From: Planctomycetota bacterium
GTDB lineage: Bacteria > Planctomycetota > UBA8108 > SXIK01
DNA length: 64,000 bases
Reading direction: 5' to 3'
Assembly (NCBI GenBank): GCA_965223265.1
Contig: OZ244999.1
Location: forward strand, 7,776,001-7,840,000
A model generated the notes under the pieces. The model was not told the origin of the DNA, ran no database searches, and saw only the letters and a program-made list of their open reading frames with translations. Each line of letters starts with the position of its first letter. Positions within the stretch are counted from its first letter, which is position 1. Below are positions 18,766-28,447 of the stretch, piece by piece. The translations under genes were made by a program, and so were the position numbers.

Positions 18766-21081
18766 ATGCCGCTATCCGATGTACTGGGAAACCTGCGCAT
18801 GCGGGAAAACTGGCGAGACCAATTGGTCGCTTGGAAGGATATTCCGCCGCGACCTCCAGTCTACGCAGATTTTCCGCCCAGCACGCCTGACGTTCTCGTT
18901 CGGAGCCTCAAGGGCCGAGGTGTCGAACGTCTATACTCGCACCAAGCGGAGGCGCTCGCCGCGACTAGCCGTGGCGACAATGTGACCGTCGTGACGCCAA
19001 CAGCGTCGGGGAAAACGCTCTGCTACAACTTGCCTGTCCTCGAACGCATTCTTGCGGAGCCGCAAGCGCGTGCGCTCTATCTCTTCCCGACCAAAGCGCT
19101 GGCCCAAGATCAAGTCGCCGAACTGCATGCACTGATCACCGACCTGGACGTCGACATCAAGACGTCCACCTACGATGGTGACACCCCCGGTGAAGCTCGC
19201 CGCAAGATACGCCAAGCTGGCCACGTCGTCGTCACCAATCCCGACATGCTGCACACCAGCATTCTTCCACACCATACCAAATGGCTAAAACTCTTCGAGA
19301 ACCTGCGCTACGTCGTCATCGATGAGATTCATGTCTACCGCGGCGTGTTTGGCAGCCACGTCGCGAACCTGCTCCGCCGCCTGCGCCGCATTACGCGTTT
19401 CTACCGCTCTGATCCCCAATTCATTTGCTGCTCAGCGACGATCGCGAACCCAAAGGAACTTGCGGAAAGCCTGACCGGAACACCGATGCATCTCGTCGAC
19501 CAAAGTGGGGCGCCGACGGGCCGCAAGATCGTCGCGATCTACAATCCTCCCGTCGTCAACAAAGAGCTCGGTATCCGCCAGCCTGCGCTCAACGCAGTCC
19601 ACGAGCTCGCCGCTGAGCTTTTGCGAGCAGGTGTGCAGACGATCGTGTTCGCTCCATCGCGCGTGCGTGTCGAGCTGCTCCTCAGGTACCTTCGAGAAGC
19701 TGTACCCAGCGGTCTCGGCGAAGCACCGAAGGTTTTCGGCTATCGCGGCGGATATCTCCCCGGCGAAAGACGAAACATCGAGCGCGGCCTTCGCCGCGGT
19801 GAAATCCGCGGGGTTGTTGCCACAAACGCGCTCGAACTCGGCATCGACATCGGCTCCCTCGAAGCCGCGGTGTTGACGGGGTTCCCTGGCGGCCTCGCCA
19901 GCGCTTGGCAGCAGATGGGCCGCGCAGGACGTCGAAATAGCGTCGCCCTGGCTCTTCTCGTCACATCGTCGACACCGCTCAACCAGTACTTGGCACAAAA
20001 CCCGGACTACCTATTCGACACGTCGCCAGAAGCGGGTCGGATCGATCCGGAGAACCTTCTCGTGCGCGTCAGCCATATCAAGTGCGCCGCCTTCGAGCTT
20101 CCGTTCCGCACTGGAGAGGCCTTTGGTCCACATCTCCCCGAGCTGCTGGAGATGCTCCGCGAAGAGGAAATCCTCGTTCAAGCCGGCGACGAGTATCACT
20201 GGATGGCCGATTCGTTTCCGGCCGAGAGCGTTAGCTTGCGGACAGCAGCGATCGACAACTTCGTGATCGTTGAGAAGAACGGACCCAAGACGCGTGTCAT
20301 CGGTGAGATGGATCGCACCGCGGCACCGCTTCTCCTCCATGATGAAGCGATTTACATGCATGGTGGCACGCAGTACCACGTCGACAAGCTCGACTGGGAA
20401 GAAAAGCGCGCCTACGTACACCGCGTCGATGTTGACTACTACACCGATGCCAACCTCGCCGTCGAACTGGATGTCATCGATGAGTTCGAGGCTCGCGTTG
20501 GCCAAGGCTGCCGGATTGCTCATGGCGAAGTCATGGTGCGCGATGTCGCCACAGTGTTCAAAAAGCTGAAACTACGGACGAATGAAAACGTCGGTTGGGG
20601 TCAGATCAATATTCCCGAAGAAAACCGCCATACGACGGCATACTGGATCGCACTTTCCGAGGCAACGACCGAGAACCTTGCGTCGTCCTACATTCAAGAC
20701 GGGCTTCGCGGGCTTGCGCACTTGCTACGACATCTCGCCCCGATCTTTCTTCTCTGCGACCCACGCGATTTGAGAACCGCGTGCAGAATCCGAGCGCCGC
20801 ACACGGGTCTGCCGACGGTGTTTCTCACCGAAAGCCATCCCGGGGGTGTCGGTATGGCGAAGCGCCTCTTCGAGATTCACGAGCAGCTCATTCGCGCTAC
20901 GGCTGAAGTCGTGTCACGCTGCACGTGCACGAGCGGCTGTCCAGGTTGCGTCGGGCCGAGCATAGGAGTGGAGAAGACGAACAAGAAAGCCACGATAGAC
21001 CTCCTCCGTCAGCTCGTGACACCGATGAAGGCGTCAAACAACAACGCAGCTGCAACGCGTCTTGAGCGCGAAAAATGGTGA
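18766..21081 (+). CDS. mrfA: DEAD/DEAH-box helicase with DUF1998 (MrfA/YprA/Hrq1 family)
   Basis: LYSHQ, TPTASGKT, DEIH, SAT, ELGIDIG and QQMGRAGR motifs; C-terminal CTCTSGCPGC Zn motif. Confidence 0.92.
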   Translation: MPLSDVLGNLRMRENWRDQLVAWKDIPPRPPVYADFPPSTPDVLVRSLKGRGVERLYSHQAEALAATSRGDNVTVVTPTASGKTLCYNLPVLERILAEPQARALYLFPTKALAQDQVAELHALITDLDVDIKTSTYDGDTPGEARRKIRQAGHVVVTNPDMLHTSILPHHTKWLKLFENLRYVVIDEIHVYRGVFGSHVANLLRRLRRITRFYRSDPQFICCSATIANPKELAESLTGTPMHLVDQSGAPTGRKIVAIYNPPVVNKELGIRQPALNAVHELAAELLRAGVQTIVFAPSRVRVELLLRYLREAVPSGLGEAPKVFGYRGGYLPGERRNIERGLRRGEIRGVVATNALELGIDIGSLEAAVLTGFPGGLASAWQQMGRAGRRNSVALALLVTSSTPLNQYLAQNPDYLFDTSPEAGRIDPENLLVRVSHIKCAAFELPFRTGEAFGPHLPELLEMLREEEILVQAGDEYHWMADSFPAESVSLRTAAIDNFVIVEKNGPKTRVIGEMDRTAAPLLLHDEAIYMHGGTQYHVDKLDWEEKRAYVHRVDVDYYTDANLAVELDVIDEFEARVGQGCRIAHGEVMVRDVATVFKKLKLRTNENVGWGQINIPEENRHTTAYWIALSEATTENLASSYIQDGLRGLAHLLRHLAPIFLLCDPRDLRTACRIRAPHTGLPTVFLTESHPGGVGMAKRLFEIHEQLIRATAEVVSRCTCTSGCPGCVGPSIGVEKTNKKATIDLLRQLVTPMKASNNNAAATRLEREKW

Positions 21082-22406
21082 GCGACGACAACAAGCCTCG
21101 GCTGACGCTCAAGGACCGCCTGCGCCAAGCGGTTCAGGAGCACAAACGCGCCGCCGCGCAGGGACCCGGTAGCGAACCGTCCGAGTCCCAGCAGGCTGGC
21201 CGCGGCGTCATGGCCGGCACCGCCTCGACGACTCGATCCACGCTCGGGGCGCTCGCGGACATTCTGGGCGGCAAGTGGCTTAAGACTGAACATGGCGAAG
21301 TGTTTGTTCGCGACGAGACCTTTCCACTTTCGCACCAGCACGGGAGGTTCACGCTCGGCGATGCACTCGCCTTCGAAACGTCGCCTGGCCTATTTCGAGC
21401 CCTTCTCAGTCGACCGACTCCAACGGCGACGACGTCACAACGTATGTCACCGCGGCGCTTCGGTGTCTTTGATATCGAGACGACGGGACTCTCGGGCGGC
21501 ACTGGAACGTACTGTTTTCTCTCGGCGCTTGGAACGTTCAGCGAGTCGGCGTTCACAGTGCGGCAGTACTTCCTTGCCGATCTTCGCCACGAACGAGCCA
21601 TGCTCGCAGCGCTGGCAGCAGACTTGGAGGCGTGCGATGTCGTCGTCACCTACAACGGTCGCTGTTTTGATCTACCATGCGTCGAGACACGCTTGCAGAT
21701 GCGGCGACTGACGTCGACCCTGCGTGACCGTGCGGACCTCGACCTGCTCTATCCACTGCGGCGACTGCACAGCCATGAACTCTCCAGCTGCCGCCTCGCC
21801 GAGACCGAATCGCGCCTACTCGGTTTCTCACGCCCACATGACACGCCGGGCAGCCTGGCTCCGCAGCTCTACTTCGACTATCTTCGCGCCGGGCGCATCG
21901 CACCTCTGCGCGGCGTCATGCGGCACAATTGTGATGATGTTCTCTCGACGCTTTGTCTGCTCACACATGTCGCGCGACTGCTGAACGGTGACGAAGAAAC
22001 ACCAGCGGCGGCGCTGTCCCTGGCGCGTTGGTGCGAGCTCTCTCGCGACGCGGATCGTGCCATTGTCCACTACGCAGCGGCGCTACCCGCGCTCGAAGGT
22101 ACGCAGCTGTGGGCGTGGGCAGCTCGGCGCTACGCCATGTTGCTCAAGCGCCGCGACCGGCGCGATCGCTCCGTCGAGCTCTGGAAGAAACTCTGGCAGC
22201 TCGGCGACCGAGCCGCAGGACTCGAGCTCGCAAAACACTGGGAACACCGCGTCCGAAACCTAGCTCAGGCCGAGTCCATCACTCGCGATCTCCTGGCGGT
22301 GTGTGACGACGCAGAACGGCCGGCTCTCGAGCATCGACTGTCGCGAGTTCGGCGCAAGAAAGCCCGGCTGCCGCAAACCGGCGCCGGCAGCGCGACATCG
22401 AACTGA
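21075..22406 (+). CDS. mrfB: RNase H-like DEDD exonuclease with TPR-like tail (MrfB/YprB family)
   Basis: FDIETTGL, TYNGRCFD, HNCDDV and ELAKHWEH motifs; overlaps the helicase gene end. Confidence 0.88.
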   Translation: MVSDDNKPRLTLKDRLRQAVQEHKRAAAQGPGSEPSESQQAGRGVMAGTASTTRSTLGALADILGGKWLKTEHGEVFVRDETFPLSHQHGRFTLGDALAFETSPGLFRALLSRPTPTATTSQRMSPRRFGVFDIETTGLSGGTGTYCFLSALGTFSESAFTVRQYFLADLRHERAMLAALAADLEACDVVVTYNGRCFDLPCVETRLQMRRLTSTLRDRADLDLLYPLRRLHSHELSSCRLAETESRLLGFSRPHDTPGSLAPQLYFDYLRAGRIAPLRGVMRHNCDDVLSTLCLLTHVARLLNGDEETPAAALSLARWCELSRDADRAIVHYAAALPALEGTQLWAWAARRYAMLLKRRDRRDRSVELWKKLWQLGDRAAGLELAKHWEHRVRNLAQAESITRDLLAVCDDAERPALEHRLSRVRRKKARLPQTGAGSATSN

Positions 22407-22491
22407 CGCCGGGCATCCGTTCAATCGAACGGCCGCTTTGGCCTGGCGCAGAGGAATTACGGGAAAAGTCCGGCCTACAGGGTAGAGACGT

Positions 22492-22513
22492 TACAGTCAC
22501 CGTACAGTCACCG
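22492..22513. promoter_or_regulatory. Perfect 11-bp tandem direct repeat, possible transcription-factor site
   Basis: TACAGTCACCG twice in an intergenic region upstream of a secreted dockerin-like protein gene. Confidence 0.35.
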
Positions 22514-22656
22514 TGCACCTTTGGCTTGCGTTTGCCAGCTTCCTCGTCCAAGCTTGAATCTGGGGCCTGATAGTCGCTCGGACGATCTCGTATCCATCCG
22601 GCGGCATCACACTAGCGGTCAAGACGCAGACGCGAAGCGACGGGAGGTCGGAAGAA

Positions 22657-23873
22657 TGGCGACGCAGAGCTCCATCCACGTGGATTCAGCATCGGGACGG
22701 ATAGGTCGACGCATGATTTGTCTCCCGGCGCTGATGATCGCCTTCGCGACGTTGGCGACGGAATCGGCGCTGACGCAAGAGGCAACCTTCGAGTCGTTTT
22801 CGTACTCCCAGCGACCCGCCCTTGGTTTTTGCCCTGAGCTGGCGTCCGTTTTCAGTGCGCAATTGATTCGCGACACTTCGTCAGGCCGCGAGAACCAATA
22901 CACGTTTAGCCTGTCGGTTTTACGTCGCGGCATCGAAGGCATTGACGAGTGCGTCGATATCGTCGACCGAAACGACTGCTTCAAGGTCGTCCAGCTCGAC
23001 TCACGAGCGCTGCTGCCCGACGAAGTGTCGACGTTTCTTGACGTCGTTCCGCAGCTCATCAACGACGAGCGAGAGCCGAACCCGGACCCACAGTGCGGTT
23101 CAGCCGATCCCTGCCGAATCCGCGAGTTCAGCCTCGACGACGTCACGCTGTCCACCGATCCTTGCAGCGGGCCTCGTTTGACAGAAGAGCAGGCACAGTC
23201 GATCGTCGATATCCTTGATGGCTTCAACAGCGAACTCGCTGAAGTGCAGAACGGTGACACAAACAGTGACGGCTTGCGAGACCTGAGCGACGCCATCTTT
23301 CTCCTTCAGCACCTCTTCGTCGGCGGACCGAAGCCGGAGCAGGCGACGTGCTCGCCATTTCTGGATTGCGACCCGATCGCCATCGAACGGGTGCACGAAA
23401 ACGGCGACATCAACGGCGACAAGGCGATCGACGTCTCCGATCCGATTCGCCTTCTTATGTGGCTTTTCGGTTCGGCGCCACCGCCAGCGCCGGCTTGCGT
23501 TTGCAAGAGCCAACTCGCCTGCGACGACTGCGCCGCGCCGGCTCGCTGTCTGCCGGGGACGGCTGACGAGTTCGTCTGTACTGACAACCTCGAGACCTGC
23601 AATCAGGTTGCCAATCTTTACGACTTTCTCGTTGACTCGTTCTCGCAGTGTGGTGGAGACGCGTGTCACGTGCTCGCCGGTCACTGCACGGTAGGCCTGG
23701 GCGGCTGTCACTACGGCGTGACAACGGCGCTCGAGCAAGCCGATTTGAACGAGCTCGCCGCACGTTGGGTCGACCTCGGCTGTTTCGACCCCGCCGACCC
23801 GATTTGCGAGTGTCCAGCGCCTCCAGAGACAGTCGGCTGCTCTGAGAGCAACATCTGCGAACTGGGCTTCTAG
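22657..23873 (+). CDS. Secreted Cys-rich protein with dockerin-like double EF-hand domain; start uncertain (22657 or 22713)
   Basis: Signal-like N-terminus; NGDTNSDGLRDLSDAIFLLQHLF and NGDINGDKAIDVSDPIRLLMWLF; Cys-rich tail. Confidence 0.75.
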
Positions 23874-23890
23874 CAGCTTCTAGCAGCAGC

Positions 23891-25507
23891 TCAACGACTC
23901 GCTGCACTCCCGGAAGATGCACCACGCCCACGCCTGAGCTGCTCGAGCTGACTGCGTAGCTCCGCGACGATGCGTGCCGCGGCCTCCGTTTGCAAGTAGC
24001 TCGAGCGCGCCCTCCAGGTCTCGTAGCCTCCGAGTTGGTGCTGCTGCGCAGTCGGGAGATAGCCGTTGTAGCCGTTCGCCAGCGAGATAGTAAACGTCGA
24101 CTCAAAAGGTGAGATTGCCCGCAGCTCAAGGCCGATTTCAACGAACACTTCGCATGGAATCGCGCAGACCGCCAAGTCGCCGATGCGAAGAGTCTGCAGC
24201 ACCAGCTCAACGTTCTCGGGATACTCGGCCAGCAATATGGTCTCCCGGGCATAGACTTCGCTGAGGCCGCGCAGTTCGCGATCGCCCGCGGCGGCGAGAA
24301 TCTCCCGGGCGCGTTTTACGTCAACCTCCGAGGGTCGACGCACGCCAAGCGTGAGGTTTCGCGTCTCGACGTCCAAAGCCAAGGACGGGCGGTGAACGAT
24401 TTCGCGCGCGACGCGCAGCGCCTCTGCCGCTACGTCATGGGCGACACGCCGCATCTGTTCGTACGGTTCGCGTCGCGGCCGCGCAGCGCGAAAATTGATG
24501 TTGTTGATGTCGCCGCTGGCGCCGTTTGAAAGCATGGCAACGAACGGTGGTTGAACGCCTCTTGCCGCAAGGAGCTCCGACACTCTTTCAGCGAACATCC
24601 CGAAATAGTCAGCGCTGACATCTCCGGCTCGGGTACCGCCGACGTAGTGAAGGGAATAGTTCGCCAGCAAAGCGATCGGGCGATCGCCTTCGAGACTCCG
24701 CACCGACAACACCCATAGGGCAGGATCCGTTGGCCCGGCGGGCTCTACCAGGTCAGGGCTCCCTACCGGCGGATTCATTCGCACCTGGTCGTGCGTGCCG
24801 CCGAACGGGTCGGTATGGACGACTGTGGGCTTCATCCTCCAGCGTCTGTTGAAGACGTGTTGTGGCACGCTGCCTGCCCCCCAACCGACGCGCGCCGGTT
24901 GGAGATGGTTCACGGCCCTGACAACCGCGTCGGCGATTTTCGCCGCTAAGTAACGCTGATAGTCGGCACTGGGCTCACTTTGAAACACGCCCGTTGCCGT
25001 CGGGCACGAATGCGAGTGTGTTGCTGCGATCAGCAGATGAGAGGGTGGAATGCCGACGATTTCGTTGGCGCGCATCTTCGCACCGTCGACAACGGAGCGC
25101 GGCAGCATGCAGCTATCGACGATCACAAACGCGAGACGAGCAGAACCGCTCTCGAGAACAAGGGCACGGGCGTGCAGCTCGTCATGAATGCCCTTTGCGG
25201 CTCGATCGCGCATACTACCGTTCAGTGATAGCCCGAGCCACGGCGTCACGTTGCTGGTTGCCGCCCCGGCTCGAAGCTGCGATGTCTCTGCGCGTGACAG
25301 TTCACCGCCAGCCATCGCCGTTGCGCCGAGGCCAAAGAGCCACAGCGCCAGCACGAAAGTTCGAATCGACGGGCGCGCGAAGTCACGTCCAACGACGATG
25401 GGGACATATCGCACTTCCGCCGGACCGTGCGTTCGATGGTGGGGCGCAGGTAGGCCAAGCATTGGTGCTCCTCCGCATGCGGTGTTGTGGGCTGCGATCT
25501 CGAGCAT
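23891..25507 (-). CDS. Neutral/alkaline ceramidase-like hydrolase; start probably downstream of 25507
   Basis: HDELHARALV, AATHSHS, NRR, ANYSLH, SADYFG, GASGDIN and ANGYNGYLPT...GGYE motifs. Confidence 0.85.
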   Translation of the reverse strand: MLEIAAHNTACGGAPMLGLPAPHHRTHGPAEVRYVPIVVGRDFARPSIRTFVLALWLFGLGATAMAGGELSRAETSQLRAGAATSNVTPWLGLSLNGSMRDRAAKGIHDELHARALVLESGSARLAFVIVDSCMLPRSVVDGAKMRANEIVGIPPSHLLIAATHSHSCPTATGVFQSEPSADYQRYLAAKIADAVVRAVNHLQPARVGWGAGSVPQHVFNRRWRMKPTVVHTDPFGGTHDQVRMNPPVGSPDLVEPAGPTDPALWVLSVRSLEGDRPIALLANYSLHYVGGTRAGDVSADYFGMFAERVSELLAARGVQPPFVAMLSNGASGDINNINFRAARPRREPYEQMRRVAHDVAAEALRVAREIVHRPSLALDVETRNLTLGVRRPSEVDVKRAREILAAAGDRELRGLSEVYARETILLAEYPENVELVLQTLRIGDLAVCAIPCEVFVEIGLELRAISPFESTFTISLANGYNGYLPTAQQHQLGGYETWRARSSYLQTEAAARIVAELRSQLEQLRRGRGASSGSAASR

Positions 25508-25544
25508 GGCGACTGAGGAACGCCGTGCCTCTGAAGACGCGCAC

Positions 25545-26396
25545 TCAGCGGCGTCTGAGGGGATACGCTGTGATCACGCGCTTGCCGGCAACGACAAGGC
25601 GTACGTGGTGCGCCGGCGGATAACCGCTGCGCTTGCCGGTTGACCCTCCAACGTAGCCGACCCGGCGCCCCAAATCGACTGTGTAAACCGTCCGATCGCC
25701 TTCGCGCGTGACGCGACTACCGGAGCCGCCCTGGAGGCCCTTCCGGAAGGCTTCGTCGATGACAGCAACGATCGTGTCAACGCCGCCGTCGAAAACACCG
25801 TGCGATCCAGGTCGATTGGGTTGATCCTCGGCGTGACGGAGAACATGCGCCAGTCGAGTCCCTTCGCGACCGCCGCGGCCGTAGATGAGGCCGGCCGACG
25901 AAACGAGGTCGCCGTTCGAAAGCTGCCGCAGACCGCCTGCAGAGCCGCTACCGGCGGGCGGCGCCCTCGCCTGCGTGGTGCCAACTTCGGCGCGGCGAGG
26001 GCTGCGGTCGTCATGGGTGGCTGCCGTTCGTGAGGTCTCCACCGAAGCGGTGCCTCCTCCGGGCAGTCCAGAATCATACGCCGCGTTCCCATCAGATCCG
26101 CTAAGAGAACCGGCAGATGATGATGATCGTGCAGCATCGTGTGCGACCGTGTCACCTGAGGCCTCGCGCTGCCGGCCGCGGTCCGAAGTTGCGCCAGCGG
26201 CCGGATCCCCGGAAGGCGCTTCGTCTGCTGAGTTCTCCGAGGCGCTACGAAATCCAGGCAGGGAAATCCCAAGGAACCGTTCGAGCTTCGTCTCGAGAAA
26301 CGAATACCCAAGGACGACGGCCACGACGATCAGAGAGTACCACCGGCGCGGACGCGTCTCTGGTTTTGCGCGGGCAGATTGTCTGGTTTCGTTCAC
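25545..26396 (-). CDS. Membrane-anchored hypothetical protein with low-complexity linker and His-containing, possibly nuclease-like C-terminal domain
   Basis: TM WYSLIVVAVVLGY and an S/A/G-rich linker, then AHVLRH, HGVF and terminal VITAYP. Confidence 0.65.
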   Translation of the reverse strand: MNETRQSARAKPETRPRRWYSLIVVAVVLGYSFLETKLERFLGISLPGFRSASENSADEAPSGDPAAGATSDRGRQREASGDTVAHDAARSSSSAGSLSGSDGNAAYDSGLPGGGTASVETSRTAATHDDRSPRRAEVGTTQARAPPAGSGSAGGLRQLSNGDLVSSAGLIYGRGGREGTRLAHVLRHAEDQPNRPGSHGVFDGGVDTIVAVIDEAFRKGLQGGSGSRVTREGDRTVYTVDLGRRVGYVGGSTGKRSGYPPAHHVRLVVAGKRVITAYPLRRR

Positions 26397-26507
26397 CCTC
26401 TCCTCCCGTCGCTGCTTCCTCGCCCCGGGCCACAGGACAGAAACGCCGCGAGCCCGACAGCTTGCCGAGCTTGCGGCGTTTCGTCTGTGTTCGATAGATC
26501 GTACAGA

Positions 26508-28112
26508 CTACTCGTAGAGATGCGTTGCTTCGGTTTCAGACACCGGTCGGTCAATCTGATCGCTTGTCATGCTCACTTTGAAACGGGCATCACTTTCACG
26601 TGCCGCCCGTACCTTGACTCGCCACGTTGCGGTGGCCTGTGGGAGTAGAGCGCGAAGCGGCGCGAACTGCACGGAGGCGCCGGAGTGCTCACTCTTGGTG
26701 GCACCACTACCCGAGACGAACTCCATCGACGCTTCGAGTTCACAGCGGACGGAGATCCCGGTTCCCGGGGCAGTGCCCTGATTGGTGACGGAAATCTCGT
26801 AGGTTGTCTCCTCGCCCACGAGCACCGGATCCTGCGCGTCGACGACCTCGAGAAGGATCGCCGGGATGCCTTCCATCTTGGTGACGATGGAAGCCTTGGC
26901 TTCGTCGGCGCATTCGGCTCTGGCACGCGGCTCGCTCTTCAGCTCACCGGGTGCGTCGGTTTCGAGAGTCAGCTCGACGATCTTCGCATCGTTCGGATCG
27001 AGCGCCCCAAGGCTCCAGACGATCGCGCCGTTCTTTTCAGCGGCATCAGCATTGGCACGGACAAGCCGGGCCCCTTCGGGAATCGCGCTCGAGAGCGACG
27101 TGTTTTCAGCGCGCCCATCTCCGGTGTTGGTGACTTCGATCTCGTACTTGACCTCTCGCCCGAGGAAACGTTTGGCAGGCCCACGAATCGCTACTTCCAG
27201 GCGCGGTTGACGCGCGATGATTGTTTGCTCGCCGGACTCGGCCCGCAAGTCGCCATCGGCGGTCGCGGTCGCCTGGCTGGGAAACTCACCGCTCGAGATC
27301 GCCTTGACGATGGCTTTCACCTGACGCGAAGCTCCGGATTCAAGATCGCCGATCTTGAATTGCAGTGTACGCCGCTTGTCGTCAGTGACGAGCTGAACCG
27401 GCAGCTCATGCTCGATCGTCACGTTCCGAGCGACTCCGGTGCCAGGGTTGCTCGCCGTGTAGACGAGCGAAATCTCCTCACAAGTGCTCACCGTCTCCGG
27501 CGCGTGGAGGCTGAGCTGCAGGCGCGGTTCCACAACTTCCATGTAGGCACAAACGCCGGAGTTGTACGCCACGCGCGTGCAGCCGCTGACGGCGCCGTGC
27601 TCCGTCGCAACGCCGCCGACCTTGACGAGCGCAGTCTCACCGGCGGCGAGATCGCCGATCTTCCACACCAGCGCGTTATCACGTCGCTCGAGATGTACTG
27701 TCGCTTTGTCCACTTCGAGGTTCGACGCGAGCTCGTCGGTTACCACGACGTTCGAAAGATCGAGCGACGAGAGATTCTTCACTTCAAGATAATAGTGAAA
27801 CGGCGTCGACACGCGCACTTCCTTCGGCATCGACTTCGTCAGCAGGATGGCGCTTGTCTCAGGGTTGCCCGTCGGAAACGCTTGCGAAAAGGAGACTAGC
27901 CCGCTCGCGCTGGAAGTCGCCGCCTCATCGTCCGACCGATACGCCGACGGGGCGACAGACGCTTCCGATTCACTCGCGACACCGCGCGCCAGTGATCCAT
28001 GACGATCCCCCACGCCCGTCGATGCGGAAGATGATTCCATCGTGCCGCATCCCCCCAAGGCGATCAAAACCCCGACGCAGACCCACGCGAGCGCGAACGT
28101 CTGAAGCCTCAT
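26508..28112 (-). CDS. DUF11-repeat lipoprotein resembling chlamydial OmcB (PVC cysteine-rich envelope protein)
   Basis: Lipobox LIALGG-C, four DUF11-like repeats, GIPAILLEVVDAQDPV...YEISVTNQG, and a terminal ETEATHLY. Confidence 0.82.
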   Translation of the reverse strand: MRLQTFALAWVCVGVLIALGGCGTMESSSASTGVGDRHGSLARGVASESEASVAPSAYRSDDEAATSSASGLVSFSQAFPTGNPETSAILLTKSMPKEVRVSTPFHYYLEVKNLSSLDLSNVVVTDELASNLEVDKATVHLERRDNALVWKIGDLAAGETALVKVGGVATEHGAVSGCTRVAYNSGVCAYMEVVEPRLQLSLHAPETVSTCEEISLVYTASNPGTGVARNVTIEHELPVQLVTDDKRRTLQFKIGDLESGASRQVKAIVKAISSGEFPSQATATADGDLRAESGEQTIIARQPRLEVAIRGPAKRFLGREVKYEIEVTNTGDGRAENTSLSSAIPEGARLVRANADAAEKNGAIVWSLGALDPNDAKIVELTLETDAPGELKSEPRARAECADEAKASIVTKMEGIPAILLEVVDAQDPVLVGEETTYEISVTNQGTAPGTGISVRCELEASMEFVSGSGATKSEHSGASVQFAPLRALLPQATATWRVKVRAARESDARFKVSMTSDQIDRPVSETEATHLYE

Positions 28113-28447
28113 ACTCAACTCCGTTTCAGCAGGACTGGCGCCACGCGGAGCGGCGCAAAATACCGCAAACCACCGTACCACTCTCCACTTCACAACGAAC
28201 TCGTCAGCATACGAACTGCGGCGAGGGCCAAGAAATCGGGGTCATCCTGACTCTCCCCCGGAAAACTCCTGACCCAGGAGCATTCCATCCGGAATGCGGG
28301 GCACGTTCAGCGCTGGGAATTGCAAGCACGTAAGTTAACGCTGCTGCGTCCACCGTACAAGGTCTTCGAGCGAACTTCTGATCCCCGCCCCGCGCCCCCA
28401 GCTCGAAGCAAACGGGGTCTTCGTCCGAATGGACGATGGCGCGGCGG

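Noticed and set aside
18766-22406. DUF1998 helicase as an anti-phage system (DISARM/Druantia-like)
   Set aside because: It is paired with a YprB-like exonuclease, as in the known MrfAB repair module, and has no methylase or other defence partners.
23868-23887. Short tandem TTCTAGCAGC repeat between convergent genes
   Set aside because: A 10-bp duplication at a stop codon, most simply explained by slippage.
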